Positions 61,190 to 64,000 of a stretch of DNA of 64,000 nt are shown here, one piece after another. The stretch's first letter is position 1; every line of letters starts with the position of its first letter. The notes beneath the pieces are model-generated. The model had not been told where the DNA came from. It saw nothing but the letters and a program-made list of their open reading frames with translations, and ran no database searches. A program made the position numbers and the translations under genes. The stretch is from Mobula hypostoma (lineage: Eukaryota): positions 214,398,001 to 214,462,000 of the forward strand of contig NC_086097.1 of NCBI RefSeq assembly GCF_963921235.1, read 5' to 3'.

Positions 61190-64000
61190 AATGTGTTGGA
61201 TCTGGAGCAGGATGAACTCTGAATCCTTTGCAAGGCTGACGGGTGATAGATAAGACATACAGCGAGGTAGTTACGCCCAAGGTGCAGGACACAGGAAACT
61301 GGGTGACGGTCAGGAAGAGGAAAGGGGTTAAGGAGCCAGTACAGAGTACCCCTGTGGTCATCCCCCTCAACAACAGGTATATCACTTTGGATACTGTTGG
61401 GGGTGATGACCTAGCAGAGGAAAGTCAGAGCAGTCAGGTCTCTGGCACTGAGTCTGGCTCTGTGACCCAGAAGGGATGGGGTGAAGAGGCGAGCTATGGT
61501 GATAGGGGATTCATTAATTAGGAGAACAGAAAAGAGGTTCCATGGACGAGAACGAGATTCACGGATGGTACGTTGCTTCCTGGGTGCCAGGGTCCAGGCC
61601 ATCTCAGATTGAATCAACAGCATTCTTAGGTGAGGGGGTGAGCAGGCAGAGATTGTGCTCCAGGTAGGTACAACGACATGGGTAGGAAGAGTTATGAGGT
61701 TCTGCAAAGGGAGTTCAGTGAGTTGGGTGCTAAGTTAAAAGGCAGGACCTCCAGGATTGTGATCTCAGGATTTCTACCTATGCCACATGTTACTGAGGCC
61801 AGAAATAATAAGATTATACAGTTTAACTCATGGCTAAGGAATTGGTTTAGGAGGGAAAGCATAAGGTTTTTGGATCATTGGGCTCTCTTCCAGGTAAGGT
61901 GGGGCCTGTACAGAAGCAAAGTTTTGCACCTGAAGTGGAGGGGGTCTAATATCCTTGCAGGAAGGTTTGCTAGTGCTCCTCAGTGTGGTTTTACACTGGA
62001 GTTGCAGGAAGATGGGAACCAGAGCGACAGTCCAGTTAGTGGAGAGGTTGTGGAGGCAGATGTTAATAGCTTGGACAATGTCAGGTATCAGAAGGTTGAG
62101 CAGGGTGTAACTGGTGTCCTGAGCTGCATATATTTCAATACAAGATGTATCGTAAGAAAGACAGATGAGCTCAGGGCATGGATCAACACCTGGAATTAAG
62201 ATATTGTAACCATGAGTGAGACTTGGTTGCAGGAGAGGCAGGTCTGGCAGCTCAATATTCTGGGGTTCCATTGTTTTAGATGAAACAGGGTGAGGGGGAT
62301 TAAAGGAGGGCTAGTGAGGTGTTCTGGGTGGAACTGAGAAATAAGAAAGGTTAATGAGGCTATATTACAGACTACTCAATGGTCCAAGGGACAAATTTGC
62401 AGAGAGATTGCAGACTGTTGCAAGAAACATAAGGTTGTTATAGTAGGTGATCTTAATTTTCCACATATTGAGTGGGACTCTCATGAACTGGAAGATAATG
62501 TGATTACTTCAATCAGCAGATTTGTGGATGACGCCTAGAGTGTTGGTGTCGAGGACAACAATGAAGGCTATCATGGCATCCAGAGGGATCAGCATCAACT
62601 GGAGAAATGGGCTGAGAAATGGCAGATGGAAATTAATGCAGACAAGTGCATATCAAGGTGTTACACTTCAGTTGGACCAACTGAACAGGGCACTGAGGAG
62701 TGTGTTCAAACAAAGGGATCTAGTAATACAGGTCCAAAATTCATTGAAAGTGAATAGAGTCATAAAGAAATCTTTTGTCATGTTTGTCTTCATAAATCAA
62801 AGTATTAAGCACAGGGGAAGGGATGTTATGTTGAATTTGTATAAGACGTTGGTGAGGTCTAATTTGGAGTATTGTGTGCAGTTTTGGTCACCAACCTACA
62901 GGAAAGATGTAAACAAGGTTGAAAGAGTTGAAAAGGAGAGGAGAAGGAGAGGATGGTGGCGCGACGCAGTGCGCGCGGCCGCTCCGAACGATATCGGTAT
63001 TTGTTAAGTCGGATGCCGTGCACAATCCTGATTTGAAGGAGACAGCCATGAGAAGCATGGAGGAACATCTGGAGAAACTTCTGAAATGCCCGCTTCACTG
63101 CCGCTGCTACTGTGCGATCGAGAATCTCTGGAGGGGAAGGCCCCAAATCCTCGGCTTTGCCTATTGCCTGTTGCTGGGACCAGGGTCAAAGTGCTCGGCA
63201 GAGATGCTGCTCGGTGTCGGAGGGCTGGTCGGAGGCTCGAAGTTTTCGGATGCACTCAAGAGTCGGCTGTGATTGAGTGCTGCCAGGGTGCTGCATTGGC
63301 AAGTTTGCGGCGCTGGAGGTTCATTACAGGGAGAGTTTTTTCTTCCTTCTAGCGTGAGATGATGGGACTTTTGAGAGACTTGGAGACTTTTTTTACCGTG
63401 CCCATGGTCTGTTCTTTATCAAATTATGGTATTGCTTTGCACTGTTGTAACTATATGTTATAATTATGTGGTTTTTGTCAGTTTTTCAGTCTTGGTTTGT
63501 CTTGTGTTTCTGTGATATCATTCTGGAGGAACATTGTATCATTTCTTAATGCGTGCATTACTAAATGACAATAAAAGAGGACTGCGTGTCCTCATAATCT
63601 AATCTAATCTAGGAGTACAGAGGTAATTTATAAGGATGTTGCTAGATCTGGAGGACCTAGAGGAAAAATTAAATAAGTTAGGACTTTATTCTTTAGAACA
63701 TAGAAGATTGAGAGGAGATTTGATAGAGGTATACAAAATTATGAGGCATATAGATACGGTAAATGCAAGAAGACGCTTTCCACTGAGGTTGGGTGGGACT
63801 AAAATCAGAGGTCATGGGTTAAGGGTGAAAGGTGAGAAGTTTAAGGGAACATGAGGGAAAACTTCTTCACCTAGAGGGAAGAGAAGTTTGTCTAGGTCCA
63901 TGGATGGCAGGGATATGGAGGGCTTTTGTCCTGGTGCAGGTCAATGGGAGTAGGCATTTAAATGGGTTGGCACAGACAAGATGGGCTGAAGGGCTTGTTT
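61190..64000 (+). mobile_element. CR1 LINE with esterase ORF1 and a large ORF2 deletion
   Basis: ORF 61678-62199 (FLDHW...LAGRFA...CIYFNTRCI); endonuclease GDLNFPHIEW joined almost directly to the RT FVDD region near 62480-62530; CR1 tail at the window end. Confidence 0.9.
62938..63610 (+). mobile_element. Non-autonomous ~680 bp retroposon (copy 2), nested in CR1
   Basis: CpG-rich head, aataaa then (aatct)n tail; CR1 sequence resumes at ~63612; homologous to 911-1586. Confidence 0.85.

Overview
Eukaryotic, repeat-dense genomic DNA with no host protein-coding exon I can identify; it looks intronic or intergenic. The repeat mix (CR1 LINEs with an esterase ORF1, Rex1/Babar LINEs, HE1/V-type SINEs, Penelope-like elements) points to a cartilaginous fish, probably a ray (inference). 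The longer ORFs I could assign are decayed retroelement fragments or their antisense frames. Highlights: (1) a family of Penelope terminal repeats carrying a minimal type-I hammerhead ribozyme with an extra A after CUGAnGA and a loopless palindromic helix III (GAAAC-GUH), found attached to an RT/GIY-YIG remnant, as solo ~100-130 bp TSD-flanked inserts and as hairpin inserts; (2) an internally deleted hAT-like transposon retaining a BED-type zinc-finger exon with a splice donor; (3) a Helitron holding a four-level nest of LINEs; (4) a composite Tc1-type MITE that captured a LINE tail; (5) a ~680 bp non-coding retroposon in two copies, several SINE types with different tails, and a clean solo LTR. 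Most repeat boundaries are approximate; TSD and motif coordinates were counted by hand.
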